Of a stretch of DNA of 64,000 nt, positions 1 to 9,130 are shown piece by piece. Each line of letters begins with the position of its first letter. The first letter of the stretch is position 1. The stretch lies in contig CBDDFZ010000001.1 in NCBI GenBank assembly GCA_965227515.1, positions 1,312,001 through 1,376,000 on the forward strand, written 5' to 3'. The stretch is from Alphaproteobacteria bacterium (lineage in GTDB: Bacteria; Pseudomonadota; Alphaproteobacteria; CALKHQ01). The notes beneath the pieces were generated by a model, which had not been told where the DNA came from, ran no database searches, and saw nothing but the letters and a program-made list of their open reading frames with translations. The translations under genes and the position numbers were made by a program.

Positions 1-243
1 CTGGAGGCCGGCAATCTGCAAGCGGCGATGTTCTATAGCGCACGTACGGCGGAAGCGTTCATTGCGTTGGCGGATACATACGGCCTGAGCGAGGCGGCAC
101 AGTGCCTCGCTGCCGTATGTATCGGTGCGGCCGCCGCTGATGTCTTGCGGTCCGCCGGTTGGGATGACGTGACGGTTGCGGGGTCACCCGATCATGCTGC
201 CATGCTGCGGTGTGTACGTGCGATGGGCGTTGGCCGCGACTAG
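1..243 (+). CDS. hemD: Uroporphyrinogen-III synthase, 3' part (truncated by window start)
   Basis: Frame open from base 1: ...AAMFYSARTAEAF...AVCIGAAAA...W..V.VA.SPD.AAML matches the HemD C-terminus; position upstream of COG4223 and hemY is the conserved alphaproteobacterial order. Confidence 0.85.
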   Translation: MEAGNLQAAMFYSARTAEAFIALADTYGLSEAAQCLAAVCIGAAAADVLRSAGWDDVTVAGSPDHAAMLRCVRAMGVGRD

Positions 244-407
244 ACCGCGGCGGGTGCGTACGCCTCCGCATCGCCGCGCTGCCTGCCGTACAGGGCGCGT
301 TGTCGCAGCATCGCAAAATGGAACCCCGGCCGCATTTAGCAGTTGTGCATGTGGCCGCGTGTGTGTCATCTCAATAACGTACGCGTGGTGCTAGCGAAGG
401 TCAGTCA

Positions 408-2453
408 ATGGCAGATGACCCCAAGACGCCTGATGAGAAGAATTCGCCCGACCCGCTGTCCCCAAATGCCGAAAAGGCGCAGGACGCGCAGCCGGACACC
501 AAACCCGCCGATGCGGACGCTCAGGCAACCGCGGGCGGTGCGCCATCCGCGCCTGACGGCGACGTGGTGGCCGCGCCCGTGATCGCGGCGTTCGGCGGCA
601 TCCGGCCGACGGCGAACAAGCTTGGCATACCGGTCAGCACCGTGCAGGGCTGGAAGCAGCGCAACACCATCCCCGCGCAGCGTATCGCGGAGATCCAGAG
701 CGCGGCGCGTGCCGACAGCATCGACCTGACGCTGGAGGCGGTGCCGGCCGACGACGACGCCGGTGCGTCAACGACCACGACTGAAACCACGACCGAAACC
801 ACGGCCCGCCCGAGCGGGCCGGCGGTTGCGCGGGCCAGTACGCCGGGCCGGGCCAGTTCGCCGGGCCGCGCTCCGCGTAGCGGCGGGCGTGCGTCCCAAC
901 CGACGCGATCCGGACAACCGACGCGACCGGGGCGGCCGCGCGAGCCGATGCGGGTGATGCCGATTACTGAACCGAGTGGCAGCTCAGGGCCAAGCGGCAG
1001 CTCAGGGCCAAGTGGAAGTACCAGTGGTTCTGCCGGAGCCAGTGGGCCGAGCAGCACAAGCAGCACGGGAAGTGGCCAATCGAGTTCCGGGCCTTCCACA
1101 CCCGCCACGCCGACGCCACCGACCCCGCCCACGCCGCCGGCCCCGCCGGCACGCACCGACGAGACATCCGGCGGTCGTGGCCTGCTGGTCGGCCTGCTTC
1201 TGGTGCTGCTGTTCGCGGTTGTGTGGCCGATCGTCTACCCGATGCTGGCCGGCGACGCCGATGCCGGCGGCGCAGATGCCGACGCATTGTCGGCGGAGAT
1301 CGCCGACCTGCAACAGCGCCTGGACGCGGTTGAGGCCGCGGGCGGCGCCGGCGATGACGCGGCCGTCGCCGAACTGCGCGAGGCGCTGGACGCCGTCCAG
1401 GCAAACGTCGCCAGTCTCACCGGCACGTCCGATCAGATCGATGCCCTGAATGGCGAGATCACCGAGTTGAAGGCGTCGCTCGCCGCCGTGGCGGGGGCCG
1501 TCGGCGATGGCAATGGCGGCACCGTCGATCCGGCGCTGTTCGCCGGGATCGGCACCCGTCTGGACGATCTGACCGCGCAGCTTGGCGCGATGCAGAACGT
1601 GATCGCCGCCCTGGAGGGCCATATCGAGACCCTGGGCGGTCAGGTTGCTGCCGTCGAGCAGCAGGCCGGGTCGAATGCCCAGGACCTGGCGCAGGTGGGC
1701 GAGGCGACCGACGCCTTGTCGGCTAGCCTGGCCGAGGTGCAGGCCGCACTCGATGCCGCGCGCGGCGAGATGCAGTCCATGGCCGAGACGCTGCAGGCCG
1801 ACCTGGACGCGGCCACGGACAACCTGTCCCAGCGCATCGACATTCTGGCCAACCGCGACGACGCCGCGGCCGACGGGCAGGCGGTGTTGATCGCGCTCGG
1901 CCAGCTCGACGACCGGCTGCGCTCGCCGGATCCGTTCGCGACCGAGCTGGAGAGCCTGGCCGCCATCATCGCCGCGCGGCCGGAGCTGGCCAGCCGGCTG
2001 GATCCGACCTTGGCGGGCGTGCAGGCGGCGGTGGGCGATGCGGCGGCGACCGGCGTGCCGACCCTGCGCAGCCTGCGCATGGAATTCGACGATGTGCGCC
2101 GCGCTGTGCTGCAGGCCGATCCGGAGCCGCCGGAAGACACCATCGACGAGGTGCTGTCGGAGGTGAGCGACCTCGTGACCATCTCGCGCATCGACGAGAC
2201 CGGCTACCAGTCGGTCGACGCGATCCTGGTGACGGCCGACGAGCATCTGGCTGCCGGCGACCTGGGCAGCGCGGTCGAGGCGATGGCGGCGCTGGACAAT
2301 TTCGGCCCCGGCTATGCCGCCGCGGCGGCCGACTGGCTGGCCGAAGCCCGGCTGCGCGTCGCCGTCGATGCCGCGATGGCCGACATGCAGGCCGCGGCCC
2401 TGGAAGCGTTCCGGCCGACCGATCCCGGCACGCCGGACAGCGACAGCGAATGA
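408..2453 (+). CDS. COG4223 / alphaproteobacterial Mic60 (mitofilin) homologue with N-terminal Cro-like HTH and long low-complexity linker
   Basis: Single TM (GLLVGLLLVLLFAVVWPIVY), long coiled coil, C-terminal mitofilin-like region (PFATEL...GVPTL.SL...F...L..GDL..AV...A.WL..AR.R); lies between hemD and hemY. Confidence 0.85.
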   Translation: MADDPKTPDEKNSPDPLSPNAEKAQDAQPDTKPADADAQATAGGAPSAPDGDVVAAPVIAAFGGIRPTANKLGIPVSTVQGWKQRNTIPAQRIAEIQSAARADSIDLTLEAVPADDDAGASTTTTETTTETTARPSGPAVARASTPGRASSPGRAPRSGGRASQPTRSGQPTRPGRPREPMRVMPITEPSGSSGPSGSSGPSGSTSGSAGASGPSSTSSTGSGQSSSGPSTPATPTPPTPPTPPAPPARTDETSGGRGLLVGLLLVLLFAVVWPIVYPMLAGDADAGGADADALSAEIADLQQRLDAVEAAGGAGDDAAVAELREALDAVQANVASLTGTSDQIDALNGEITELKASLAAVAGAVGDGNGGTVDPALFAGIGTRLDDLTAQLGAMQNVIAALEGHIETLGGQVAAVEQQAGSNAQDLAQVGEATDALSASLAEVQAALDAARGEMQSMAETLQADLDAATDNLSQRIDILANRDDAAADGQAVLIALGQLDDRLRSPDPFATELESLAAIIAARPELASRLDPTLAGVQAAVGDAAATGVPTLRSLRMEFDDVRRAVLQADPEPPEDTIDEVLSEVSDLVTISRIDETGYQSVDAILVTADEHLAAGDLGSAVEAMAALDNFGPGYAAAAADWLAEARLRVAVDAAMADMQAAALEAFRPTDPGTPDSDSE

Positions 2454-2492
2454 CTCATCTCTAGCGCCCGCGAACGAGAGATCTGACCACCC

Positions 2493-4070
2493 ATGCGCGT
2501 CGTCATCTTCTTCTTCGTCCAACTCGCCATTCTGGTGGCGATCGGGCTGTTCCTGCAGTCCCATCCCGGCGCGGTCACGCTGGAGTGGCTGGGCTACCGC
2601 ATCGAAACCAGCATGGGCGTGCTGGCGGTGGCGCTGGCCGTGCTGGTGGTGGTGGCGGTGTTCGTCCATCGGCTGTTGCGCACCGTCATCCTGACGCCGG
2701 GCCGGCTGGCCGACTGGTGGGTCTATGACCGCGAGAAGCGCGGCTACAAGGCGCTCTCCACCGGCCTGGTCGCCGCCGCTGCCGGCGACACCGACGAGAC
2801 CCAGCGCCAGGCCAAGCGCGCGGGCGCGATGCTGCACGACGCGCCGCTGGCGCGCCTGCTGTCGGCCCAGGCCGCCCAGATGCGCGGCGAGGAGGATTCG
2901 GCGCGGCGCTACTTCGAGACCATGCTCGAGGAGTCCGACACCGCGTTCCTGGGGTTGCGCGGGCTGTTGATGCAGGCATTGCGCGCCGGCGACAGCGCAC
3001 GCGCCCTGGAGCTGGCCGAGCAGGCGCACGCCCTGCGGCCGAAGGCGCCGTGGGTGTTGCAGACGCTGGTCGACCTGCGCGCCCGTGCCGAGCAGTGGCC
3101 GAAGGTGCTGGAGACGGTGACCCAGGCCGCCAAGGTTGGCGCCTACACGCCGGCCGAGGCCAATCATGTGCTGGCGGTGGCGAACACCGAGGCGGCGCGT
3201 GCCGCCGTGGCCGATGGCGATGTCGACGCCGGCCTGCGCCACATCCGCCAGGCACTGAAGGCCGAGCCGGGCTTCGCGCCCGCCGCTGTCCACCTGGCCG
3301 ACCTGCATCGCGCGGCGGGCAAGCCGGCCCGCGCCGCCGACGCCTTGATCAAGGCCTGGACCAACCGGCCGCACCCGTCGATCGCCGACCAGTTCCGCAA
3401 CCTCTATGCGGACAACAAGCCGGCGCAGCGGGCCAAGCGCCTGCGCGCGCTGGCGGCCGCCAATCCCGACCATCCGGAAAGCCACCTGGTGCTGGCCGAA
3501 CTCGCCATCGACGAGGAGAACTGGGAGGAGGCGCGGCGCGAGCTGCAGCAGGTCAGCGAGGATGCCGTGGGCGCGCGCGGTTACATGCTGCTCGCCGAGG
3601 TCGAGGACCGCGCCGGCACCGACCCGGCCGCCGTGCGCGAGCTGCTCGACAAGGCGGCGATGGTCGGCCAGCACGTCGGCTGGCAGTGCGATCACTGCGG
3701 TACCCAGGTCGGCGAGTGGGCCAGCCACTGCCCGAAGTGCGGCAGCTTCGCCACCATCGCCTGGCAGACCCTGATGATCACGCCCGACAGCGCGCACATC
3801 ATGATCACCGCGCCCAAGCGCCCGCCGGCGCCCTCGATTGCGGCGCCCGCCGATCCCCCCGCTGGCGCCAAGACGGATGCGGCAGCCGTCGAGGACGTGA
3901 AGCCGGTGACGAACGATGCCAAGTCGTCGGAGCCAACAGCGAAGCCCGCGGCAGCAAAGTCAGGCGCGAAGGACTCCGGTACCGGCAAGGGCAACGGTCC
4001 GACAGCCACTGGTGCCGCAAAAGTGAAGGTGGGCGCCGAGACGGCGGTCGAGGGCCAGCCCAGAAAATAG
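2493..4070 (+). CDS. hemY: HemY-family membrane TPR protein with C-terminal rubredoxin-like Zn ribbon
   Basis: Two N-terminal TMs with PG.V.LEWLGY.IETS, GY.AL..GL.A..AGD motif, TPR-like helices, WQCDHCG...W...CPKCGSF. Confidence 0.9.
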   Translation: MRVVIFFFVQLAILVAIGLFLQSHPGAVTLEWLGYRIETSMGVLAVALAVLVVVAVFVHRLLRTVILTPGRLADWWVYDREKRGYKALSTGLVAAAAGDTDETQRQAKRAGAMLHDAPLARLLSAQAAQMRGEEDSARRYFETMLEESDTAFLGLRGLLMQALRAGDSARALELAEQAHALRPKAPWVLQTLVDLRARAEQWPKVLETVTQAAKVGAYTPAEANHVLAVANTEAARAAVADGDVDAGLRHIRQALKAEPGFAPAAVHLADLHRAAGKPARAADALIKAWTNRPHPSIADQFRNLYADNKPAQRAKRLRALAAANPDHPESHLVLAELAIDEENWEEARRELQQVSEDAVGARGYMLLAEVEDRAGTDPAAVRELLDKAAMVGQHVGWQCDHCGTQVGEWASHCPKCGSFATIAWQTLMITPDSAHIMITAPKRPPAPSIAAPADPPAGAKTDAAAVEDVKPVTNDAKSSEPTAKPAAAKSGAKDSGTGKGNGPTATGAAKVKVGAETAVEGQPRK

Positions 4071-4169
4071 CCGCGACAAGACACCCCCGGGCCTTGCCGG
4101 CGGCGGCATCCCCAGCCTACCATCGCTGCTGCTGAGTTTCGGGGTGGCTCCCCTTGATCCAGGACGGGG

Positions 4170-4532
4170 ATGAGATCGATGAACCAGGTATGGGGATTTG
4201 CGCTGGCTGGTTGCGTGACGATGCTGTCGGCGACCGCCGGATTGGCCAGCGAACAACCCGCGCGCGAAGACCAGATCATCCAGAACCCATCCGATGCCGG
4301 CCTGGTGCGGGCTGGGGAGAACCTGCAGGCGTTCAACGCGCCGCCGCCGGTGGGTGAGGGCTTCGGCTTCGATACCCATGCTGCGTCCCCTGCCGAGCCG
4401 TGCTCCAGCGAGGATGCCGGCGCGTGGCGGGTGATGGTGCTGCATGGCCCGGACCAGCCCGAGATCGTGACCGGCGGGCTCGACAGCGCCTCGCCAGGAT
4501 CGCGCCTGTTGAGGTTGGAACCCACGTGCTGA
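4170..4532 (+). CDS. Hypothetical secreted protein
   Basis: Signal-peptide-like N-terminus (VWGFALAGCVTMLSATAGLA); no recognised domain. Confidence 0.55.
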   Translation: MRSMNQVWGFALAGCVTMLSATAGLASEQPAREDQIIQNPSDAGLVRAGENLQAFNAPPPVGEGFGFDTHAASPAEPCSSEDAGAWRVMVLHGPDQPEIVTGGLDSASPGSRLLRLEPTC

Positions 4533-4575
4533 GTCTATTTGCGAAAATGAGCGGGAACCGCTCATTTTCAGCGCG

Positions 4576-4652
4576 GCGCCGGCCCACACCCCCTCCCGGC
4601 CACCCAGTTCACGATACTGTCGTTGGGCGGCCGGGAGGGGGTGTGGGCTGGA
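4576..4652. repeat. Dispersed palindromic element, family A (copy 1, reverse orientation)
   Basis: Arms CCCACACCCCCTCCCGGCC.CCCA / TGGGCGGCCGGGAGGGGGTGTGGG around core GATACTGTCGTTG; homologous to 7503, 17338 and 55768. Confidence 0.85.
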
Positions 4653-5482
4653 ACCGAATTCTCAATCAAACGAAAAGAATCCGGCCGTCCGCATTTGCGT
4701 GCGGGGCGGCCATCCTGGCCAGCGCGACGGCGCAGGCAGCAAACACCGATATTACATGGGACTGGGTGCTGAGCGACGACGCCATGGAGGTCGCCACCGG
4801 GCTCGACTATCTGGGCGTCGACGGTTTCGACACGCCGGCCAGCGCGGTCGCCCACCATGCCGCCCATGGTACGCGGATGTGGTGCTACCTCTCCGTCGGC
4901 ACGCTGGAGGACTGGCGGCCGGACCTCGGCGCGTTCGAGGCGCTGGACGCGGCCACCGGCGAACCCTCGTTTATCGGCGATGTCTATGACGAGTGGCCGG
5001 ACGAGACCTGGCTCGACGCCGGCCGTTTTGCTCTGTTCATGCCGCTGATGGAGGCGCGGCTCGATATGTGCGCGGCCAAGGGTTTCGCGCTGGTCGAGTT
5101 CGACAATGTCGACGCCTTCGACAACGACACCGGTTTCGACATCTCGCGCGCCCAGCAGGTGGCCTATCTGCGCGCGCTGGCCGCCGCCACCCACGCGCGC
5201 GGCATGGGGGCGATCCTGAAGAACGTGCCGGACCTGACCGCCGAGCTGGCGCCAGAGTTCGACTTGCTGCTGCTGGAGGACTGCGTGCTGAACGGGACGT
5301 GCGCCTCCGCCACGCCGTTCCTGGCCGCCGGCAAGCCGGCGCTGAATGCCGAGTACCCGGAGAACTACGACGACGAGCCGTTCGATGCCGCCGCCATTTG
5401 CGGGGAGGTGGCCGCGGCCGGCATCAGCGGCATCCTGAAGCGCGCGACGCTGGACGGCCACAACATCCCCTGCCAGAAGTGA
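4643..5482 (+). CDS. Endo-alpha-1,4-polygalactosaminidase (GH114 family), secreted; start uncertain (GTG 4643 or ATG 4547)
   Basis: Motifs TWDWVL, VDGFD, CYLSVGTLEDWRPD, WPDE.WLD, CAAKGF..VEFDNVD, LKN..DL, GKP.LNAEY. Confidence 0.85.
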   Translation: MGWNRILNQTKRIRPSAFACGAAILASATAQAANTDITWDWVLSDDAMEVATGLDYLGVDGFDTPASAVAHHAAHGTRMWCYLSVGTLEDWRPDLGAFEALDAATGEPSFIGDVYDEWPDETWLDAGRFALFMPLMEARLDMCAAKGFALVEFDNVDAFDNDTGFDISRAQQVAYLRALAAATHARGMGAILKNVPDLTAELAPEFDLLLLEDCVLNGTCASATPFLAAGKPALNAEYPENYDDEPFDAAAICGEVAAAGISGILKRATLDGHNIPCQK

Positions 5483-5550
5483 GCACGAATACCAGGGCCG
5501 GTTCGCGCTAGGCGTATGCCAGCCCTGCATGTGCAGTGGAGGACCAACAT

Positions 5551-6777
5551 ATGCCCGGTCCGTTGGACGGCATTCGCATCATCGACCTGACCAGCATGAT
5601 CTCCGGCCCGTTGGGGACGCTGATCCTGGCCGACCAGGGTGCTGACGTGATTAAGGTCGAGAACCCCAAGGGCGGCGATCACGCGCGCCAGGTCGCCACC
5701 CGCCGTGGCGGCTTCTCCGCCTCGTTCGTCAACAACAACCGCAACAAGCGCTCGGTGGCGCTGGACCTGAAGCGGCCGGAAGGCGTGGCCGCCGTCAAGC
5801 GGCTGGCGGCGACCGCCGATGTGGTGATCCAGAACTTCCGGCCCGGCGTGGCCGACCGCATCGGGGTCGGCGAGGCGGCGATCCGCGAGGCCGCGCCCGA
5901 CATCATCTATGTGTCGATCAGCGGCTTCGGCGAGGACGGGCCCTATGCCCACAAGCCGGTGTTCGATCCGCTGGTGCAGGCACTGACCGGGCTGACGACG
6001 GTGCAGGCCGGCTCCGACGAGGCCCGGCCGCGGCTGGTGCGCACCATCCTGCCCGACAAGCTGACCGGGTTCGCGGTCTCCCAGGCGGTCACCGCCGCCC
6101 TGCTGGCCCGCGCGCGCACCGGCGTGGCCCAGCATGTGCGGCTGTCGATGTTGGACACCATCATCGCGTTCCTGTGGTCGTCCGATATGGGCGGGCACAC
6201 CTTCGTCGGCGACGAGTTGCCGGCCGAGACCGCGCAGAGCTGGATCGACCTGATCTACGAGACGGCGGACGGCTTCATCAGCGTCGCCGTGATGCGCCTG
6301 AAGGAGTGGCAGGGGCTGGCGCGCGCCTGCGAACGGCCGGAATGGCTTGCCGACCCCCGGTTCCAAAACTCGGAAGGCCTGGACAAGCATCGCGGCGCGC
6401 GCCTGGAGCTGACCCAGGAGGCGCTGAAGGAACGCAGCACCGCAGACTGGCTGACGCGGCTGGAGGCCGAGGATGTGCCCTGCGCGCCGATCCTCACCCG
6501 CCGCGAGGTGATCCGCCATCCGCAGGTCCAGGCCAGCGGCATCGTGGTGGAGCACGACCACCCGCAGGCCGGCCGGGTGCGCCAGACCCGCACGCCGGCA
6601 AGATTCTCCGAGACAACGCCCGAATACCGCAGCCCGGCGCCGGTCCTGGGCGCCCACACCCGCGAAGTGCTGGTCGAGGCCGGGCTCTCCGACTCGGAGA
6701 TCGCCAAGCTGCTGGACGGGGGTGTCGCAGTCGATTCGGACAGCGAAACAATCGAGAAGAGCGGAGCGGCGGCATGA
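5551..6777 (+). CDS. CaiB/BaiF family (class III) CoA transferase
   Basis: GPLDGIRIIDLT, LADQGADVIKVE.P.GGD, NRNKRSVALDLK, NFRPG; GGAGG RBS before ATG 5551. Confidence 0.92.
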   Translation: MPGPLDGIRIIDLTSMISGPLGTLILADQGADVIKVENPKGGDHARQVATRRGGFSASFVNNNRNKRSVALDLKRPEGVAAVKRLAATADVVIQNFRPGVADRIGVGEAAIREAAPDIIYVSISGFGEDGPYAHKPVFDPLVQALTGLTTVQAGSDEARPRLVRTILPDKLTGFAVSQAVTAALLARARTGVAQHVRLSMLDTIIAFLWSSDMGGHTFVGDELPAETAQSWIDLIYETADGFISVAVMRLKEWQGLARACERPEWLADPRFQNSEGLDKHRGARLELTQEALKERSTADWLTRLEAEDVPCAPILTRREVIRHPQVQASGIVVEHDHPQAGRVRQTRTPARFSETTPEYRSPAPVLGAHTREVLVEAGLSDSEIAKLLDGGVAVDSDSETIEKSGAAA

Positions 6778-7478
6778 TCGATTTCTACTATTGGCCGACG
6801 CCGAACGGCTGGAAGGTCTCGATCCTGCTGGAAGAGCTCGGCATTCCCTACAACACGATCCCGCTCGACATTCGTTCCGGCGCACAGTTCACGCCCGAAT
6901 TCCTGGACATCAGCCCGAACAACCGGATGCCGGCGATCGTCGACCACGACGTGCCCGGAGACCCGGTGACGGTGTTCGAGTCGGGCGCGATCATGATCTA
7001 TCTGGGCGAGAAGACCGGCCGGTTCTGGCCGACCGATTCGCTGAAGCGCAAGCAGGCGCTGGAATGGATGTTCTGGCAGGTCGGCAACCAGGGGCCGATG
7101 GCCGGCCAGCTCAGCCACTTCGTGAACTATGCGCCACAGGACCAGGCCGGCTATGGCCGCGAGCGCTATGCCAACGAATACGACCGCTGCCTGGGGGTGA
7201 TGGACCGCTGGCTGGAGGGCAAGCAGTACTTCCTGGGCGACGACTACAGCGTCGTCGACATGATCAACTGGCCCTGGATCTTGATTGCCAAGCCGCTGGG
7301 GGCGGACCTGACGCCGTTCCCGCATCTGGCGGCGTGGCGCAACCGGGTGAAGGAACGCCCGGCGGTGCGGCGCGGCGTCGATCTTGGCAAGGACTACCGC
7401 CCCGGCCACCCGGACGAAGCGGCCCGCAAGGTGCTGTTCGGCCAGACCGCGGCATCGGTGCGCGAACGCACAAGCTAG
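6774..7478 (+). CDS. Glutathione S-transferase, YfcG-like disulfide oxidoreductase
   Basis: MIDFYYWPTPNGWKVSILLEELG, SPNNRMPAIVD, FESGAI; ATGA overlap with the upstream stop. Confidence 0.92.
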   Translation: MIDFYYWPTPNGWKVSILLEELGIPYNTIPLDIRSGAQFTPEFLDISPNNRMPAIVDHDVPGDPVTVFESGAIMIYLGEKTGRFWPTDSLKRKQALEWMFWQVGNQGPMAGQLSHFVNYAPQDQAGYGRERYANEYDRCLGVMDRWLEGKQYFLGDDYSVVDMINWPWILIAKPLGADLTPFPHLAAWRNRVKERPAVRRGVDLGKDYRPGHPDEAARKVLFGQTAASVRERTS

Positions 7479-7502
7479 GGTGTCATTCGCTTTCGCTCAG
7501 TC

Positions 7503-7635
7503 GGCACCGGCCCTCTCCCCCACCCGGCCGCCCAACGACAGTATCCAGTTTGGGTGGCCGGGTGCCAAAAGGGAGCGCGGATGCGCGACCGCATGGAAAT
7601 GGGAGAGGGCTGGCGCAGACTTCAGCGCAAGCTGA
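7503..7635. repeat. Dispersed palindromic element, family A (copy 2; about 35-bp insertion in the right arm)
   Basis: GGCACCGGCCCTCTCCCCCACCCGGCCGCCCAACGACAGTATC...TGGGTGGCCGGGTG [insert] GGGAGAGGGCTGGCGC + tail GACTTCAGCGCAAGCTG. Confidence 0.85.
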
Positions 7636-7659
7636 TCCTGACATAGGGTGCGGCCCGCG

Positions 7660-7866
7660 CTACTCCGCGTCCGCCTTCACGACCGTGAGATGGCCATGAT
7701 CGGCCTCTCGCAGCATTTGTCTTATCGACATCGGGCCCTTGCGACTGGCTGGCAGATTCGCCCGCGCGGTGCGCAGATCTGACTCGGCCTTGCCGAGGTC
7801 GCGCAGCGGACGCCGCAGATATGGGCTAACCAGTTGCTCAGGCTCGTTTTCGTCAATGTAGTCCAC
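7660..7866 (-). CDS. Small hypothetical protein (about 68 aa, SPYLRRPLR motif)
   Basis: GTG start giving MDYIDENEPEQLVSPYLRRPLRDLGKAESDL; fills the intergenic gap; CtrA box upstream. Confidence 0.55.
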   Translation of the reverse strand: MDYIDENEPEQLVSPYLRRPLRDLGKAESDLRTARANLPASRKGPMSIRQMLREADHGHLTVVKADAE

Positions 7867-7931
7867 AGCTTTTCCCCACCGTTTTCCACAATATGTAGTG
7901 CCTCCTGGCAACCAATACGCACGATCTGCGG

Positions 7932-7947
7932 TTAACAAGGCGTTAAC
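7932..7947. promoter_or_regulatory. CtrA-binding box
   Basis: TTAA-CAAGGCG-TTAAC is a perfect TTAA-N7-TTAAC in an intergenic region of a GC-rich genome. Confidence 0.7.
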
Positions 7948-8027
7948 AGGGGGCAACCTGTGCGAAAATTCACACGCAACATACGGGCCGCTGCGGTGCC
8001 GCGCAGTGCGCGCGATCACTCACGATT

Positions 8028-9020
8028 TCATAACCCTTCCAGGACGTCGCGCATGCCCTCGGCCAGCTCGTCCAGACCGCCGTCCAGGATGTCGCGTGCC
8101 GGGTCGTGGGCGGCGGGTCCGTCGCCAGCCTCGTAGGCAGCGATGGCGGCTGCCTCCGCGTCGCTGAGTTCGCGCGGCGGCGTACCCTCGGGCGCGGTGG
8201 TCTCGTATTGCAGGTAGACCATCGGGTCGGTCGCCTGGGGCAGCAGGGCCGGGTCGATGTCCAGGAACCCGATGCTGCCGACGGCGGTCAGCGGCGTGCC
8301 CCCGCTGTAGCTGCCCTGGGAGAGATACTGGCGCGCGTCCGCGATGGCAGCACCGGACTCGTCGTCCGCAACCGGCACCAGCGCCATCGGCGAGATCTGG
8401 AACGGCGCGCCGAACAGGCCGGAGACATGGAGGCCGCCGGTCGCGGCTTCGGTCCGGCCCGGCTGCACCACCGGGTCCGCGAAACCCCAGAACGCCAGCA
8501 GCTCGGCGGGCGCACCCTCCAGCGTCAGGGTCAACTCCAGGGTTAGCGGCGCATAGTCCAGGCGTTCGGGCGCATGCGCGTCGGCCAACGCGAAGATGTG
8601 GTCCTTGAAGACGTTGTCGTCGTCGTGCCGGTGCACCTCGTCGATCACGCGGCCGGTGACCGAGAACGCGGCGTCGATGACACCGTCGATCCGGCAATAG
8701 GGCGGCGCGTAGCGGTCCGGATAGGGCGGTGCCCACTCGCACGGTGCCATGTAGGTGTAGATCACCACGCCGTTCCCGCTGACGCTGCCGTCGGCGGCGA
8801 CGTCGACCGCGCCATAGAGGCCGAGGACGATGTGGTCGACGGCGTTCTCGCCGGCCATCAGCTCGACCGCGCCGGCCAGCGGATAGCTGACGATGGCAAC
8901 CGGCGCATCCGTCTCCAGCGCATTGCCGGCATCGGCGGCGATGGCGGATGCGGAAAGCGCCGTTAGCACTGCGGCGGCGGATGCGATTCGGTGAAGATGC
9001 GGGCGGATGTGCGGACGCAT
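8028..9020 (-). CDS. Hypothetical secreted acidic protein
   Basis: Signal peptide (IASAAAVLTALSASAIA), GGAGG RBS, host-like codon usage. Confidence 0.75.
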   Translation of the reverse strand: MRPHIRPHLHRIASAAAVLTALSASAIAADAGNALETDAPVAIVSYPLAGAVELMAGENAVDHIVLGLYGAVDVAADGSVSGNGVVIYTYMAPCEWAPPYPDRYAPPYCRIDGVIDAAFSVTGRVIDEVHRHDDDNVFKDHIFALADAHAPERLDYAPLTLELTLTLEGAPAELLAFWGFADPVVQPGRTEAATGGLHVSGLFGAPFQISPMALVPVADDESGAAIADARQYLSQGSYSGGTPLTAVGSIGFLDIDPALLPQATDPMVYLQYETTAPEGTPPRELSDAEAAAIAAYEAGDGPAAHDPARDILDGGLDELAEGMRDVLEGL

Positions 9021-9130
9021 GGGACCCTCCTGGTCTTTGTGGGCGTCAGTTCAGCATGAAGTGGATGAAAAACGGCTAATCTTCGCGGAAAACGGGACGG
9101 CGTACCTGCCATCCCGTCCCCGAGCGGTGG

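Noticed and set aside
1002-3797. Long antisense or alternate-frame ORFs (e.g. 1002-3797 -, 39458-42610 +, 46054-48777 -, 52989-55400 +, 59467-61299 -)
   Set aside because: Shadow ORFs opposite well-supported genes in high-GC DNA, with no recognisable motifs.
7859-7950. Replication origin (DnaA and CtrA boxes)
   Set aside because: Only one good DnaA box, a short region, no extended AT-rich unwinding element, and no hemE/dnaA/parAB context.
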